A stretch of DNA of 64,000 bases from a bacterium (GTDB taxonomy: Bacteria; SM23-31): positions 960,001 to 1,024,000 of the forward strand of contig OZ252239.1 in the NCBI GenBank assembly GCA_965249485.1. Direction: 5' to 3'. The notes under the pieces are model-generated. The model worked only from the letters and a program-made list of their open reading frames with translations. It was not told where the DNA came from and did no database searches. Made by a program: the position numbers and the translations under genes. Within the stretch, counting starts at the first letter, position 1, and each line of letters opens with the position of its first letter. Below, in pieces: positions 1 through 10,880 of this stretch.

Positions 1-128
1 AACTATTTTTGGCGTATTCGCTTTGCAATTTAATCTTACTATAAATCATTGAAGCAGATTTTGACAATTAATGAGCGGGTATATTATATATCTAACTCAA
101 TCGTTACACTGCCTTTTATGCACTCGTG

Positions 129-2003
129 CTACCAGACGATTCCAGATTCTGGTCCATCATTACTTGATCCACCCCACATTGTTCCGTGTTCCCAATCGAA
201 AAATATAGCGTTCAGTGGACCGGAAGTTAGTTGTCTGAAGTCGAGCTGATATCCCATGTCCGTTAGATCGCTACGGACCCATGGTGGAACAGAATTATTT
301 AATGTTAACCTACCAGGCTGTGCAACATGATCATCGAAAGAACTACGCATTTGATAGCTTGTAAAATTTGCTGCTTCAACCGCTTGTTGAACGCTCATAC
401 CAAACTCAACAATATTGAGAAAAAACTGGAGTGAATTCTGGTCCTGGGTATCTCCTCCTGCTACCGCAAAGGACACAAATGGTTTTCCGTCTTTGAGCGC
501 CATGCTCGGCGTCAGAGTCGCGCGCGGTCGCTTACCAGGTTCAAGTACGTTATAAGGATTCTGCGATTCGTTAATGACAAAACTCTGCATACGCTGACTC
601 ATTCCAATGCCTGTCCGTCCTGCCATGGTAACCGGTATCCAACCGCCGCTTGGCGTTAATGAGACAACCCATCCTTCTGCATCTGCGGATTGCATTGTGG
701 TTGTTCCAGCTAAGAAACCTTCTTGCCAGGAACGTTCAAAGTCTGCACTGGAATTCGACGGAGATTCTTCTGATTTTTTATTCCAATCTTCAAGTAAATG
801 AAGGTAAGGATTTTTCTCTCCCTGATAAGGATACGGGTCACCCGGCATAACATCGGGGTCATTTCTTTCCCAGTTAATGAGGTTGCTTCTATCCTTTGCG
901 TATTCTTTTGAAAGGAGCCCCCGCATCGGTTCTACCGGTGGATAATAGGGATCACCGTAATAAAAATCTCTGTCGCTGTATGCAAGGTTCATAGCTTGAT
1001 ATAATGTATGAATATATGGTGAGCTGTTGTAACTCATAGATTTAATATCGATATTTTCCAAAATATTTAACGTTTGCAGAAGTACCGGGCTTTGTACCCA
1101 TGAAGTAAGTTTATATACATCAATTCCTTTATAGTTCGTTGAAACCGGTTCTTCAAGATAGACTTTCCAGTTAGCTAAGTCCTCCATGGTGTGTAAGCCA
1201 CCTTGTTCCTGAGAGCCCCTGACATATTCTTCAGCGATATCGCCTTTGTAAAATCGGTCATACGCAGCATAGATAGCCTCTTTTCTGCTCTTGCCCCGTG
1301 CTAATGCATCCGCTTCTGCGTCGACAAGTTTTTGCAGTGTTGCATACAGTTCGGGCTGTCTGAAAATTTCACCGGTTTGAGGCGTTTCAACTTCTTCTCC
1401 CGGATGTGTTATGAATACTTTTCGAGAATAAGGCCACTTCTTTATACGCTCTTTTTCACTTTTAATAGAATTAGCCGTCCCTCTATCTATTGGATAGCCG
1501 TCAGCCAATTGCATCGAGGGTTCAAGAACTTCTTTAAGGCTTAATTTTCCGAATTCAGCAAGCATAGTTAAAAGCCCGCCTGGCGTTCCCGGTGTTACCG
1601 CAGCAAGGGGGCCATAAGCTGGTGGGAAAGGCATGCCTTTATCTTTGAAGTATTGCGCTGTTGCCCCGGTCGGTGCAGCGCCCAGGGCATTGATCCCGAT
1701 GACCTTGCCGGTGTTCGGATTATATATCAATGCCTGCGTCTCACCTCCCCAGCTTAAAGCATCGTACAACGTTGATGCCGCGCCGAGCATCGAGCAGGCG
1801 GCATCAACTGCGTTACCACCTTTATAGTACATGGCAGCTCCGGCATTTACGGCAAGAGGTTTTTCGGTTAAGGCGATCCAATGCCGTCCATGCAGCGTGG
1901 GTTTCGCCGTTCTTTGAGCATATACATTTGTTCCAAGCAATGAAAGCAATAAGAGAATAATAAGAATCCTGATTCCTGAAAACACCTTGATATTTATGTA
2001 CAT
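129..2003 (-). CDS. ggt: Gamma-glutamyltransferase family protein (Ntn hydrolase), exported
   Basis: GGNAVDAA, WGGE, VTPGTPGG, catalytic Thr in GTTTMQSAD, PGKRPRATLTP and GGDTQ motifs; N-terminal signal peptide. Confidence 0.93.
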   Translation of the reverse strand: MYINIKVFSGIRILIILLLLSLLGTNVYAQRTAKPTLHGRHWIALTEKPLAVNAGAAMYYKGGNAVDAACSMLGAASTLYDALSWGGETQALIYNPNTGKVIGINALGAAPTGATAQYFKDKGMPFPPAYGPLAAVTPGTPGGLLTMLAEFGKLSLKEVLEPSMQLADGYPIDRGTANSIKSEKERIKKWPYSRKVFITHPGEEVETPQTGEIFRQPELYATLQKLVDAEADALARGKSRKEAIYAAYDRFYKGDIAEEYVRGSQEQGGLHTMEDLANWKVYLEEPVSTNYKGIDVYKLTSWVQSPVLLQTLNILENIDIKSMSYNSSPYIHTLYQAMNLAYSDRDFYYGDPYYPPVEPMRGLLSKEYAKDRSNLINWERNDPDVMPGDPYPYQGEKNPYLHLLEDWNKKSEESPSNSSADFERSWQEGFLAGTTTMQSADAEGWVVSLTPSGGWIPVTMAGRTGIGMSQRMQSFVINESQNPYNVLEPGKRPRATLTPSMALKDGKPFVSFAVAGGDTQDQNSLQFFLNIVEFGMSVQQAVEAANFTSYQMRSSFDDHVAQPGRLTLNNSVPPWVRSDLTDMGYQLDFRQLTSGPLNAIFFDWEHGTMWGGSSNDGPESGIVW

Positions 2004-2126
2004 TGGATTTCCTCCTCCAAGTAATATGTTAATTAATTAGAAATATATTTTCTATTCTTTTGTATCTGCTCCTGATTACATTTCGAGTCACATTTCTCTC
2101 TAAGGGATGAATACTCAGGCGAATAG

Positions 2127-5100
2127 TCACCGGTTTTTACGTTCGTTTTGTCCTTCACTATCGCTATCCAGAATATTATGCAGTTCGGAAAGATGCCCTG
2201 ACAATGCCATATTCAGCTCATCAAAGCGCTGATATGCGTCTCGTCCCGGTTTCTGGTCGGCACGGTCCAACATCGAGAACAGATAGCTGAGCTGGTCGAT
2301 GAGCATGGGTGTCTGGTATATTCCTTCTTTTGTCACGAGAGAGTCCTGAATTTCGGCGAGTTTTTTGTCTTCTTCACCTACTGTTCGTATCCTGTCTGTG
2401 GCTCTCCGGGCATTGCTGAGTGCATCACGTACCTGGAGGCTGAGTGACTCTTGAGCAACAAGGTCAGATTGGGTTACGTTGTCCTCCTCTAAACGGGGAT
2501 CGATTCGCACTTCAAATCTAACTGTTCGGTTCCAGCTGCCGGCGGTAAGCTTTACCTGATAAGTCCCGGGAACGACCATCGGTCCCCTCTGATCCGCACG
2601 GCTCTCATCAGGATTCCAGGCACCGTCATGTCTCAAATCCCAGATGAAGCGGTGCATTCCGGCAACCTTTGTGATCTCTTGTGCGATGATGCGTTCCGTT
2701 CCGGGTCCCCGCATACCGGACTGGTCAGGTAATTCGGGTTGTTGAGGCAGTCCGGCACTGGAAAACAATTGGATCAACGTACCGGTATTGTCAAAGATTT
2801 CGAGTGTGATTTCTCCGGGCGGTTCCTTGTCAAGATAGTAATCAATCATTACCCCAACAGGGGGATATTCAGGATTAGCATCAGATCCACTTTGCGGTGT
2901 GTACCGCATACGGTACGCAGTCCGCGGCGCATATAGATGGAAACGGGATGAGGCCATACGTTCATTTAGCTGGTGGAGAGGAGTCAAATTGTCGAGAATC
3001 CAGAATGACCGCCCCATCGTAGAGAGCACCAGATCTTTCCGGAATACTCTGATGTCGGTGACCGGGGTTACCGGAAGATTCAGCTGAAACGGCTCCCAAT
3101 TAAGTCCGTCATCAAACGAAAGGAACATCCCGAATTCGGTACCGGCATAGAGAAGTCCTTCCCGTTCGGGATCTTCACGAACGACCCGTGTAGGAGTGTC
3201 GACAGGAATTCCATTACTCCCTCTCGTGAGCCGTGTCCACGATTTACCATAATCATCAGTACGGTAAATGTATGGTTCCCAGTCTCCCAGGAGATAACGA
3301 TAGGTCGCAATATACGCTTTTGCGGCTCTATGAGGAGAGGGCTCAATCGATTGCACCCGTCCGCCCGGCGGGAGGTCTTCCGGTGTGACATTGGTCCACG
3401 TTTTCCCATCGTCACGGGTGATGTGGACAGGACCATCATTTGCTCCGACCCATATCAAGCCTTTTTCAAGTGGAGATTCCTGTACCGCATAAATTGTGCT
3501 GTAGAACTCTTCACCGGTGATATCACGGGTGATAGGCGTACCCGAAATGACCTGTTTTGAGGGATCGTTTGCTGTCAAATCGGGGGAGATTGTTTCCCAT
3601 GTGACGCCTTCGTCAGTTGTCCGGTGCAAAAACTGTGAGGCGTGGTAAACAACATTCGGATCGTGCGGCGAGACATGGATCGGTGAGACCCGTTGGAAAC
3701 GATATTTCAGGTCTCGAGGATTATGTCCGTACATGTTTGCAGCGCCAACATAATAATGCTGTTCCTGACCGGTGGCTTTATTGTAACGACCAAAACGTCC
3801 TTTACAATTCGCATAGACTATATCGGGATTTCCCGGTTTTGGTATAGCAGGTCCGGTTTCACAACCGCCGACCGACCGCCAGTATGCCGTCGGACCGGAA
3901 GGCGTAGAATACGGTGGCAGGCTGGGTACCGTAATAGTGGAATTGTCTTGTTGACCGGCATACAGCCAATATGGGAACTGGTCGTCAACTGCAACCTGAT
4001 AAAGCTCTGCCGTCGGCTGGTTATGCTGTGTCGACCACGTTGTACCGCTGTCCTGCGTAATGTTTGCGCCACCGTCGTTTGATTGGATAAATATGTCTGG
4101 ATTATCGGGGTTGATCCACATATCGTGGTTGTCGCCGTGCGGCGTGGACCGCTGTTCCCAGGTTTCCCCCCCATCAGCGGACTTAAAAAATCGTGTCGAA
4201 TTTACATAGAGGACGTCTGCGTTTGTTGGGTCAGCATCAATATTTGTATAATAGAACGGACGGTCCAGCAGGTTTGCCTGGGCCGTGACCAGATGGAAAC
4301 TCGCGCCACGATCATCCGAGCGGTAGATTCCACCCTCGCCAACAGGGGCTTCGATGAGAACGTATACTCGATCAGGATCCGCGTGCGAAACAGCGAGATC
4401 ACTCTTCCCTAGCAGATCCTGGGGCAGCCCGTTCTTCAGTCTAGTCCAGGTGTCACCTCCATCCGTTGATTTGTACACACCACCCTCACGCGCACCGCTG
4501 ATGATAGTCCACGGTTTCCGCTCAGCCCGCCACATTGTGGCGTAAATCTCCTGGGGATTACCAGGACTGAATTCAATATCCGCTGCTCCCGTCTTATCAG
4601 AGATGAAAAGAACTTTCTCCCAGCTCTCACCGCCGTTTGTCGTGCGGTAGACACCGCGGTCAGGTCCAGGTCCAAATGCGTGTCCGATTGCCGCTACAAA
4701 GACTATGTCGGAGTTTTCCGGATGGATTTCCACTGCACCTATCTGTCCGACATCACGCAGTCCTACAAAAATCCAGCTTTTTCCTCCATCCGTCGATTTG
4801 TACACGCCACGACCGGTGATAACATTGCTACGGATTGCATCCGAACCGGTGCCGACATATATTATATCTGTATCCGAGTCTGCTACTCGAATTGCACCTA
4901 TTGAGCCGGTTTCAAAATACCCGTCCGAAATGTTAACCCAGTTTCTGCCATAGTCGGTTGTCTTCCAAACGCCACCGCCGGTACTCCCCATGTAAAATGT
5001 AGAGAGATGGGACCTGTGACCAGTAACGGCAGTCACTCTTCCTCCGCGCGATGGTCCAATGTTTCGGTACTTCATATCGCTGTAAAGGCTCTGGTCATAA

Positions 5101-5207
5101 ATCGTGTGGGACGAAGTGTTATCCTGCTGACCGTAGAGCACAGCGCTATGACTGCCAACAAGAACAAGCAATACAACAACACTTACATTGATTAATCTTT
5201 TTTTCAT
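2127..5207 (-). CDS. VPS10/BNR-repeat beta-propeller glycosyl hydrolase-like protein
   Basis: YRNIGPSRGGR, repeated S/T-x-D-x-G-x-T/S-W Asp-boxes, GDNHDMWINP; signal peptide from MKKRL (start moved from 5234 to 5207). Confidence 0.9.
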   Translation of the reverse strand: MKKRLINVSVVVLLVLVGSHSAVLYGQQDNTSSHTIYDQSLYSDMKYRNIGPSRGGRVTAVTGHRSHLSTFYMGSTGGGVWKTTDYGRNWVNISDGYFETGSIGAIRVADSDTDIIYVGTGSDAIRSNVITGRGVYKSTDGGKSWIFVGLRDVGQIGAVEIHPENSDIVFVAAIGHAFGPGPDRGVYRTTNGGESWEKVLFISDKTGAADIEFSPGNPQEIYATMWRAERKPWTIISGAREGGVYKSTDGGDTWTRLKNGLPQDLLGKSDLAVSHADPDRVYVLIEAPVGEGGIYRSDDRGASFHLVTAQANLLDRPFYYTNIDADPTNADVLYVNSTRFFKSADGGETWEQRSTPHGDNHDMWINPDNPDIFIQSNDGGANITQDSGTTWSTQHNQPTAELYQVAVDDQFPYWLYAGQQDNSTITVPSLPPYSTPSGPTAYWRSVGGCETGPAIPKPGNPDIVYANCKGRFGRYNKATGQEQHYYVGAANMYGHNPRDLKYRFQRVSPIHVSPHDPNVVYHASQFLHRTTDEGVTWETISPDLTANDPSKQVISGTPITRDITGEEFYSTIYAVQESPLEKGLIWVGANDGPVHITRDDGKTWTNVTPEDLPPGGRVQSIEPSPHRAAKAYIATYRYLLGDWEPYIYRTDDYGKSWTRLTRGSNGIPVDTPTRVVREDPEREGLLYAGTEFGMFLSFDDGLNWEPFQLNLPVTPVTDIRVFRKDLVLSTMGRSFWILDNLTPLHQLNERMASSRFHLYAPRTAYRMRYTPQSGSDANPEYPPVGVMIDYYLDKEPPGEITLEIFDNTGTLIQLFSSAGLPQQPELPDQSGMRGPGTERIIAQEITKVAGMHRFIWDLRHDGAWNPDESRADQRGPMVVPGTYQVKLTAGSWNRTVRFEVRIDPRLEEDNVTQSDLVAQESLSLQVRDALSNARRATDRIRTVGEEDKKLAEIQDSLVTKEGIYQTPMLIDQLSYLFSMLDRADQKPGRDAYQRFDELNMALSGHLSELHNILDSDSEGQNERKNR

Positions 5208-5224
5208 TGGTAACCTCTTTGATT

Positions 5225-7276
5225 CTAATCCCAATACTTATTAAACCACGCAAGCACATGGGCAACTTTTGTAATGAGTTGACTGGGCCGCCGTGCGATG
5301 TTGTGTGATGCTCCCGGAATCTCGACCAGTGCTGTCTCTATTCTTCGAAGCTTAAGTGCATGATAGAGTTGTTTTGCTTCGGAAAGAGGTGTTCTCAAAT
5401 CGGCGGTACCCACCATAACTAACGTTGGTGTATTGACATTCCCTACAAGCGAAATGGGTGAGTATTTCATATATATCTCTGGATTTTCCCAGGGTGAGCC
5501 GGGATAACGGTACTTGTGATAGGAGTAGTAGTTATCTGCTACCAGCGTCTTACTGTACCAGTTCATTACCGGTTTGGCAACAACTGCTGCCCTGAAACGT
5601 GAGGTTGTTCCTACGATCCAGGCTGTCATGATACCGCCTGCACTTCCACCGGTTACGAATAAATTCTGCTCATCGATGTATCCTCTGGCAATCACTGCAT
5701 CGACGCCTGACATAAGATCATCGTAGTCCCCACCGGGATAATCGTGGTAAAGAAGGTTTCCAAACGTTTCACCATAGCCGGTACTTCCACGTGGATTGGC
5801 ATAGAACACCACATAACCGGCAGCAGCGTACAATTGCATCTCTGCTGAAAATCGATCACCGTAATTGGAAATCGGCCCACCATGAATCTCTAATATCAAC
5901 GGATATTTCCGCTCTGGATCAAATCCGGGTGGCGTAACGATCCAGCCCTGAATTCGACGTTGATCCAATGAGGATTCATACCAGATCTCTTCAACCATAC
6001 CCAGGTCGCGGTATCCGAGCAGGTCACTGTTGAGTTCTGTGATAAGTTCCACTTCTTTTCCTTGGCGCCACACGGCGACATCGGCTGGATAATCAGGCCT
6101 TGTGTACGTGTAAGCGATCACGCCTCCGGATGAGATAGAAAAAGATCCACTCCCGTATGGCCGGCTTAACGATGTTCCACCCAGGTTATCGGTCAATGTT
6201 CTCACATTTCCATTGAGAGTCGTGTATCCGATTTTCGTATCGCCTTGGTCTTCGTATTTGAAGTAGATACCTTCACCCGAAGTGTCCCAAATCGGATTTG
6301 ATATACTTCGATCGAGACTGGAAGCAATGAGACGCTTTTCACTCCCGTCTCTATTCATCACATAGAGTTTAGTGACTTGATACGTTTGAACGTTATCGTC
6401 GTACCCCAGGATAGCAATCCGCTTATCATCCGGAGAGATAGTGGGGCTATGGTCCGGTCCGTTTCGGTCTGTCAATACACGAATGGTACCATCTTCGAGT
6501 GAAACTGAATAAATCTCTGTGTTGACGAACTCATATTCCCAGTCTGGATTCCGGTTAGCGGAAAAAATCAGGGATTTACTATCCTGTGTCCACACCGGAG
6601 CGCTTCGATGATGGAATGAACCAGACGTCACTTGTCGTGCTGTGCCGCCTTCTGCAGGAAGTACAAACAAATGATTGTAACCGGGTTCAAGGTAACCTGA
6701 ACCATCAGCCTCATGACGTACCCGTGTCGTGACACGTGGCGGATCGGCCCATTGCGCTCCTTTGGGTTTTGGAGGTGGTATGACAAGTTCGGGAGAAGCT
6801 TCGGCAACAAGCATTGAAAACGCAATCCATGTGCCATCCGGCGACCAGGAAATGCCGCGAGGTGTCTCTGGTAACTGAGTGAGACGGGCAATTTGTCCCG
6901 TATCCATCCAGCGCACAGAGATTTCAGCACCATCATCACTACTAGCTACATAAACAATCCTATTTCCGTCTGGCGACCAGCGTGGGGAAGATTCTCCAAA
7001 CTCGCCCGCTGTAAGCTTTCGGTGGTCTGAACCATCCACATTAATAATCCACAGTTCAGACTGACTGCGATCTGTCATGATGTTCATTGAATTGCGAACA
7101 TAAACAATCTGGCTTCCATCGGGAGATATCTGTGGATCGGAAGCATGTTCGAGCTGAAAAACGTCAAGTTCGGTAAAGTGACGATCATCTACGTCTGAAG
7201 CTCTTGTAATCGAGGCTATCACTAACAAGCTCGCCAGGGCACAGCATAGCATTAAACGAATTGATTTTGGTCTCAT
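5225..7276 (-). CDS. S9 family acylaminoacyl/prolyl oligopeptidase
   Basis: PD40-like SPDG propeller repeats, HGGP, GGSAGG nucleophile, D in GTADLRT, H in GASHN; signal peptide. Confidence 0.93.
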   Translation of the reverse strand: MRPKSIRLMLCCALASLLVIASITRASDVDDRHFTELDVFQLEHASDPQISPDGSQIVYVRNSMNIMTDRSQSELWIINVDGSDHRKLTAGEFGESSPRWSPDGNRIVYVASSDDGAEISVRWMDTGQIARLTQLPETPRGISWSPDGTWIAFSMLVAEASPELVIPPPKPKGAQWADPPRVTTRVRHEADGSGYLEPGYNHLFVLPAEGGTARQVTSGSFHHRSAPVWTQDSKSLIFSANRNPDWEYEFVNTEIYSVSLEDGTIRVLTDRNGPDHSPTISPDDKRIAILGYDDNVQTYQVTKLYVMNRDGSEKRLIASSLDRSISNPIWDTSGEGIYFKYEDQGDTKIGYTTLNGNVRTLTDNLGGTSLSRPYGSGSFSISSGGVIAYTYTRPDYPADVAVWRQGKEVELITELNSDLLGYRDLGMVEEIWYESSLDQRRIQGWIVTPPGFDPERKYPLILEIHGGPISNYGDRFSAEMQLYAAAGYVVFYANPRGSTGYGETFGNLLYHDYPGGDYDDLMSGVDAVIARGYIDEQNLFVTGGSAGGIMTAWIVGTTSRFRAAVVAKPVMNWYSKTLVADNYYSYHKYRYPGSPWENPEIYMKYSPISLVGNVNTPTLVMVGTADLRTPLSEAKQLYHALKLRRIETALVEIPGASHNIARRPSQLITKVAHVLAWFNKYWD

Positions 7277-7579
7277 TTGATGTCCTCCATCAAAAAATTT
7301 CGTCTGAATGTCTCAGTGAAAAGCGTTCCGGTTGCTTGCCTTTAGCAGACAATGCGAGATGTAATCCAGTACTCTGGATCGGTGTCCTAATAATTATTTA
7401 TACGGCAACCTACTAAGATTTTCCTATAATTTTTCGAATTAAAATGTTCGCAATACTTCCCTGTTACTTTATATATCTGAATACCCAAAGTACTACAATA
7501 CAGTCAGAAAATTTGCTCCACTCCTAATGAGATGTGAAGCAAAATTGTTTTTAGGTTATTCTAATCTGGCAATGTGTAC

Positions 7580-9019
7580 TTATTTAACTACATGCCACTC
7601 GACATTTGGTCTGTCAAGATATTCTAAACCGTTTTCTGTAAATACTGCAAGTTGTCCAACCCCGACTTCCACACCATGTTCGCCCCAACCCTCTACTTTA
7701 ACGCTGGTATGCGGCTCGAATGCATATATCGTGTTATAATGGAGTGTGAGGTCAGGAGACAGTAGTGGATGTTGTTTATACCCGCGGCCCATTCCCGTAA
7801 CGTATGTTCCACGAGAAAACAGTAGTCCATTCTCAGTGAATCTCCTGATAAACATCGGTGGAGGATGAAAACCGCCTGATGAGTCTATTATGAGAGAATT
7901 ACGTGGAATCCTCTCCGTAGCTTCGCGAATCTCTTGTGCGGTGCGACCCATTTTAAATTCATTCCTGTAATCATCCTGAATATCATTAACGATCCGCAGT
8001 GCTCTTTTTAAGCCCTCGGGAACATCCTCTTCACCTTTCTGGAGCACATATGCGTGCTGATGAGAATCGGTTTCAACACCGAGAAGCATAATGTCCGAAT
8101 CACAATTGATGATATCTCCCCGCCTGACAATCAAATTCACACCGTTTTCGGTCTTGCCTTGCCTGAAATTATCGGGATCATTGCCATATTCAGCAATTTT
8201 TGATGGCCTTCTCGTAACAGTAATGGAAGGGTGGTTGTCAATTTCTAAATGAAGATCTAAATATTTATGCCGCAGCCACCAGTTGATATCGTCTGTTGTT
8301 GTAACATTGGGTGTGACAACTTTATTGGAAAATGCTTCAGCAAGAATATCATTTTGCACTCCCTGAACGTAACGGTATATACTTATTTGTTCCGGGGCTA
8401 ACGTCGAGAGCCACCGAATACCAAGTTCCCACGAATCAACACTCCGTGAAGCGTACTTATTTCCTAACGCTTTCGTCATTTCATCAGTCGTAACAATACT
8501 ATATTGTGATGTTTCACCGATATTTACTCTCCGAATTGCAAGGTTTTTCATACTGACCGCAATCTTTTTGGGATTCCGTTTCCTTACTAATTCTGTAATA
8601 TGAGCAAAATCTTTAGGCTCAACATATTCGATCTCGTTTCCAGTATCGTAAAAAAGCAGAAATCCGGGTATTCCGGAACGGGAACTACTGTGTTGACTCG
8701 GGTAAACCATCCCTTCGTGATTTGCCGGAAGCAACGAGAGAAATACCGGATGCTCTCTATACGAGGTCGAACGGTAAAGCGGCTCTTCATCATTTCGGAT
8801 GATCCACATGTCTACTCCTCGTTCCCGCATGACCGTCGGAAGCACGTTCTCTCTTTTCCATTCCCAAAACTTCTGCATTATCTGGACACGTTCCCGCATC
8901 GGTATAAAATTCGCCGCATCTCTGCCCGAACCCGCTTTAGGTGCTTGAGCAAATGTGGTGCTTACGGTTAGTAGAACTAATGATAATAATATTGACCACA
9001 AAATTTTTTTAGTTTTCAT
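7580..9019 (-). CDS. M24 (Xaa-Pro aminopeptidase-like) family protein, exported; paralog subtype shared with 54091-55524
   Basis: LPTVMRERGVDMWI, PNVTTTDDINWW, RGDIINCDSD, TDSHQHAYVL, C-terminal pita-bread fold; signal peptide. Confidence 0.8.
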   Translation of the reverse strand: MKTKKILWSILLSLVLLTVSTTFAQAPKAGSGRDAANFIPMRERVQIMQKFWEWKRENVLPTVMRERGVDMWIIRNDEEPLYRSTSYREHPVFLSLLPANHEGMVYPSQHSSSRSGIPGFLLFYDTGNEIEYVEPKDFAHITELVRKRNPKKIAVSMKNLAIRRVNIGETSQYSIVTTDEMTKALGNKYASRSVDSWELGIRWLSTLAPEQISIYRYVQGVQNDILAEAFSNKVVTPNVTTTDDINWWLRHKYLDLHLEIDNHPSITVTRRPSKIAEYGNDPDNFRQGKTENGVNLIVRRGDIINCDSDIMLLGVETDSHQHAYVLQKGEEDVPEGLKRALRIVNDIQDDYRNEFKMGRTAQEIREATERIPRNSLIIDSSGGFHPPPMFIRRFTENGLLFSRGTYVTGMGRGYKQHPLLSPDLTLHYNTIYAFEPHTSVKVEGWGEHGVEVGVGQLAVFTENGLEYLDRPNVEWHVVK

Positions 9020-9115
9020 GGCACTCTCCTAAGTTTATGAATGATATTGTATGTAAATTATCTAAGCGATGCAGACACTTTGTGTTCAATAGTTATGATA
9101 TGTGATTTGCTTTTA

Positions 9116-9154
9116 CAAGGATCAATACTCCACAGGCAGAACGATTTTTGAACC
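9116..9154 (-). repeat. Box A repeat copy
   Basis: + strand CAAGGATCAATACTCCACAGGCAGAACGATTTTTGAACC. Confidence 0.7.
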
Positions 9155-9181
9155 TTTATGCTTGTGTGTAAACCACGTGGT

Positions 9182-10000
9182 CTACGGATATTTTTGAATC
9201 GAAAACTTTTTAGCCGTGTAATTCCCATCAGGCAGCACAGTCGGTAATGTATACACTGGATTGGTAATCAACGCATAAACTGCAGGATCACGTTCCCGCA
9301 CTTTTTCTTTTGTATTTAAAGGCCATTCATCTCCAATGCTTTCTAAACGCCCCGGAAAATCCTGTGAACCAAGTATTGACGTTAAGACCCAGTAAATATA
9401 TTCATTCATTTGGCAACTATAAAGACACGTCTCGTCATAATAAGTATACCAGGCACTTTCGGGATATTCCTCAGGGACTTCTTCAAAGTGTCCACCTCTT
9501 GCGATATCCATAGCCCCTGACAGCCCAGTCCCACTTGTCATACCAAATACTTCGGGATAGGCATTGCCATATCCGTGACGAGTTATCATATGCAGAACTT
9601 CTTCAAGTGCCTCATCATTAAATCCATCCACTCCATGATGCGGACCAATGTTATCAGCCCAGATTGATTTACTGGGACGCGGCATGAATTCCCTGTAGTT
9701 CATTCTCACAGCCTCCAACTCATCCGGATTTTTTGTTACCATCAGGCTAACATTCACGGCCACCATCGCATCAACGATCTTCTGATTATCCGGAATTCCG
9801 TCTTCGTCGTTGTCAAAATATTCGGCTAGCACGTTTGCGGCGTGAAGCACTTTACCGTCGGGTGATGCCGTAGTTGCAATGACCCGAACACCAAATACCT
9901 CAACTTGTTTGGTAAATGGATTTGATGCTTTGCTGTTCTGACTGCAATTCACACATACTATAACTAAAAGTACAAACCATACCGGTGATAATAATTTCAT
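9182..10000 (-). CDS. Hypothetical lipoprotein, possible zincin-like metalloprotein
   Basis: GGAGG RBS before ATG at 10000, lipobox-like VCVNC, EEVLHMIT followed by QMNEYIYW. Confidence 0.6.
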   Translation of the reverse strand: MKLLSPVWFVLLVIVCVNCSQNSKASNPFTKQVEVFGVRVIATTASPDGKVLHAANVLAEYFDNDEDGIPDNQKIVDAMVAVNVSLMVTKNPDELEAVRMNYREFMPRPSKSIWADNIGPHHGVDGFNDEALEEVLHMITRHGYGNAYPEVFGMTSGTGLSGAMDIARGGHFEEVPEEYPESAWYTYYDETCLYSCQMNEYIYWVLTSILGSQDFPGRLESIGDEWPLNTKEKVRERDPAVYALITNPVYTLPTVLPDGNYTAKKFSIQKYP

Positions 10001-10093
10001 AGCAACCTCCGCTTGACTGAGAGATAACTTCTCATTAACTTTTTGACTGGGCACCGCTAAATCTATTTATAACATTTTGAATCAAATAATACG

Positions 10094-10132
10094 GTATGCA
10101 TTTTACTTCTTGGGCAGTACAATTTGTAAACG
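10094..10132 (-). repeat. Box A repeat copy (degenerate)
   Basis: GTATGCATTTTACTTCTTGGGCAGTACAATTTGTAAACG. Confidence 0.6.
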
Positions 10133-10215
10133 CTCGTATATGTTGCAAGAACGAGTGTTTAAGATTATTTTCCGGTAAAGATAGTAATCGAGCTGATCGG
10201 ACACCTGCGGTCTCT

Positions 10216-10611
10216 TTACTTCTCAGTGCTTACAGGCTTTCGCATCCACATCCAATGTGTGGAGAAAAACACCACGCATAATATGATGAGCAAGCTTTCC
10301 ACAATTATTGAACGGCGCACTCTATGCAGGACGGATTGAATTGCTTCAGTCTTAGAGTCTTCATACATGGCGTGCAGCATTTGGTCGTCGGGAAGGGCTG
10401 ATGACTCACCTTCCTTTGGAAGTGATTTGATAATATCCATTTTGTAAATTTCGAATGAAGCCAAACGTTCGAACCCTCTCTCAGCATGGAGTGGGTCGCT
10501 AAGGTCTATAATGTTATTCACAAGAGATGTCAAAGATATGAGAAAGGTAAAGACTGTGACTAAGCATACTGCATACCCATAGATCAGTGGAATTCTTGAT
10601 TGTTTTTCCAC
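10216..10611 (-). CDS. Hypothetical two-TM membrane protein
   Basis: GAGG RBS with GTG start; N- and C-terminal hydrophobic helices. Confidence 0.7.
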   Translation of the reverse strand: MEKQSRIPLIYGYAVCLVTVFTFLISLTSLVNNIIDLSDPLHAERGFERLASFEIYKMDIIKSLPKEGESSALPDDQMLHAMYEDSKTEAIQSVLHRVRRSIIVESLLIILCVVFFSTHWMWMRKPVSTEK

Positions 10612-10652
10612 GTTTTCCTCATCAATTGTCAGAAATAGTTCGGGTTACAAAC

Positions 10653-10685
10653 AAAAAAACCGCCTACTCCATCAGTAGACAGTTT
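10653..10685 (-). terminator. Rho-independent terminator in the leader of 10216-10611
   Basis: Minus strand AAACTGTCTAC-TGATGGA-GTAGGCGGTTT stem followed by a T run. Confidence 0.7.
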
Positions 10686-10718
10686 ATTTATATTTACATT
10701 CCATAATAACAGAATCCA

Positions 10719-10797
10719 TTCCATAAGCCAGTATTACCCAGTTCAGTTTCAAAGAATCACTCTCACGTCCATATCGCTTTGAACCTTCCCTATGGAA
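10719..10797 (-). ncRNA. TPP riboswitch-like element (variant or degenerate)
   Basis: Minus strand TTCCATAGGGAAGGTTCA...TGGACGTGAGAGTGATTCTTTGAAACTGAACTGGGTAATACTGGCTTATGGAA follows the TPP layout GGG..TGAGA..CCC.TGAACCTGA.CTGGGTAATACCAGCGTAGG with several core substitutions; terminator lies downstream. Confidence 0.65.
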
Positions 10798-10880
10798 TTT
10801 ATTTTAGAGTAAGGCTGAAATATAAAAAATGCAAGAAATAATTTTTCCATCACTTTTATCTGTACCTTGCTGAAAGGTTG

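Noticed and set aside
2739..5195. Many short overlapping or antisense ORFs (also 20962-21522, 28406-28948, 29684-30301, 33518-34102, 49361-49906)
   Set aside because: Shadow frames of well-supported genes with no recognisable motifs
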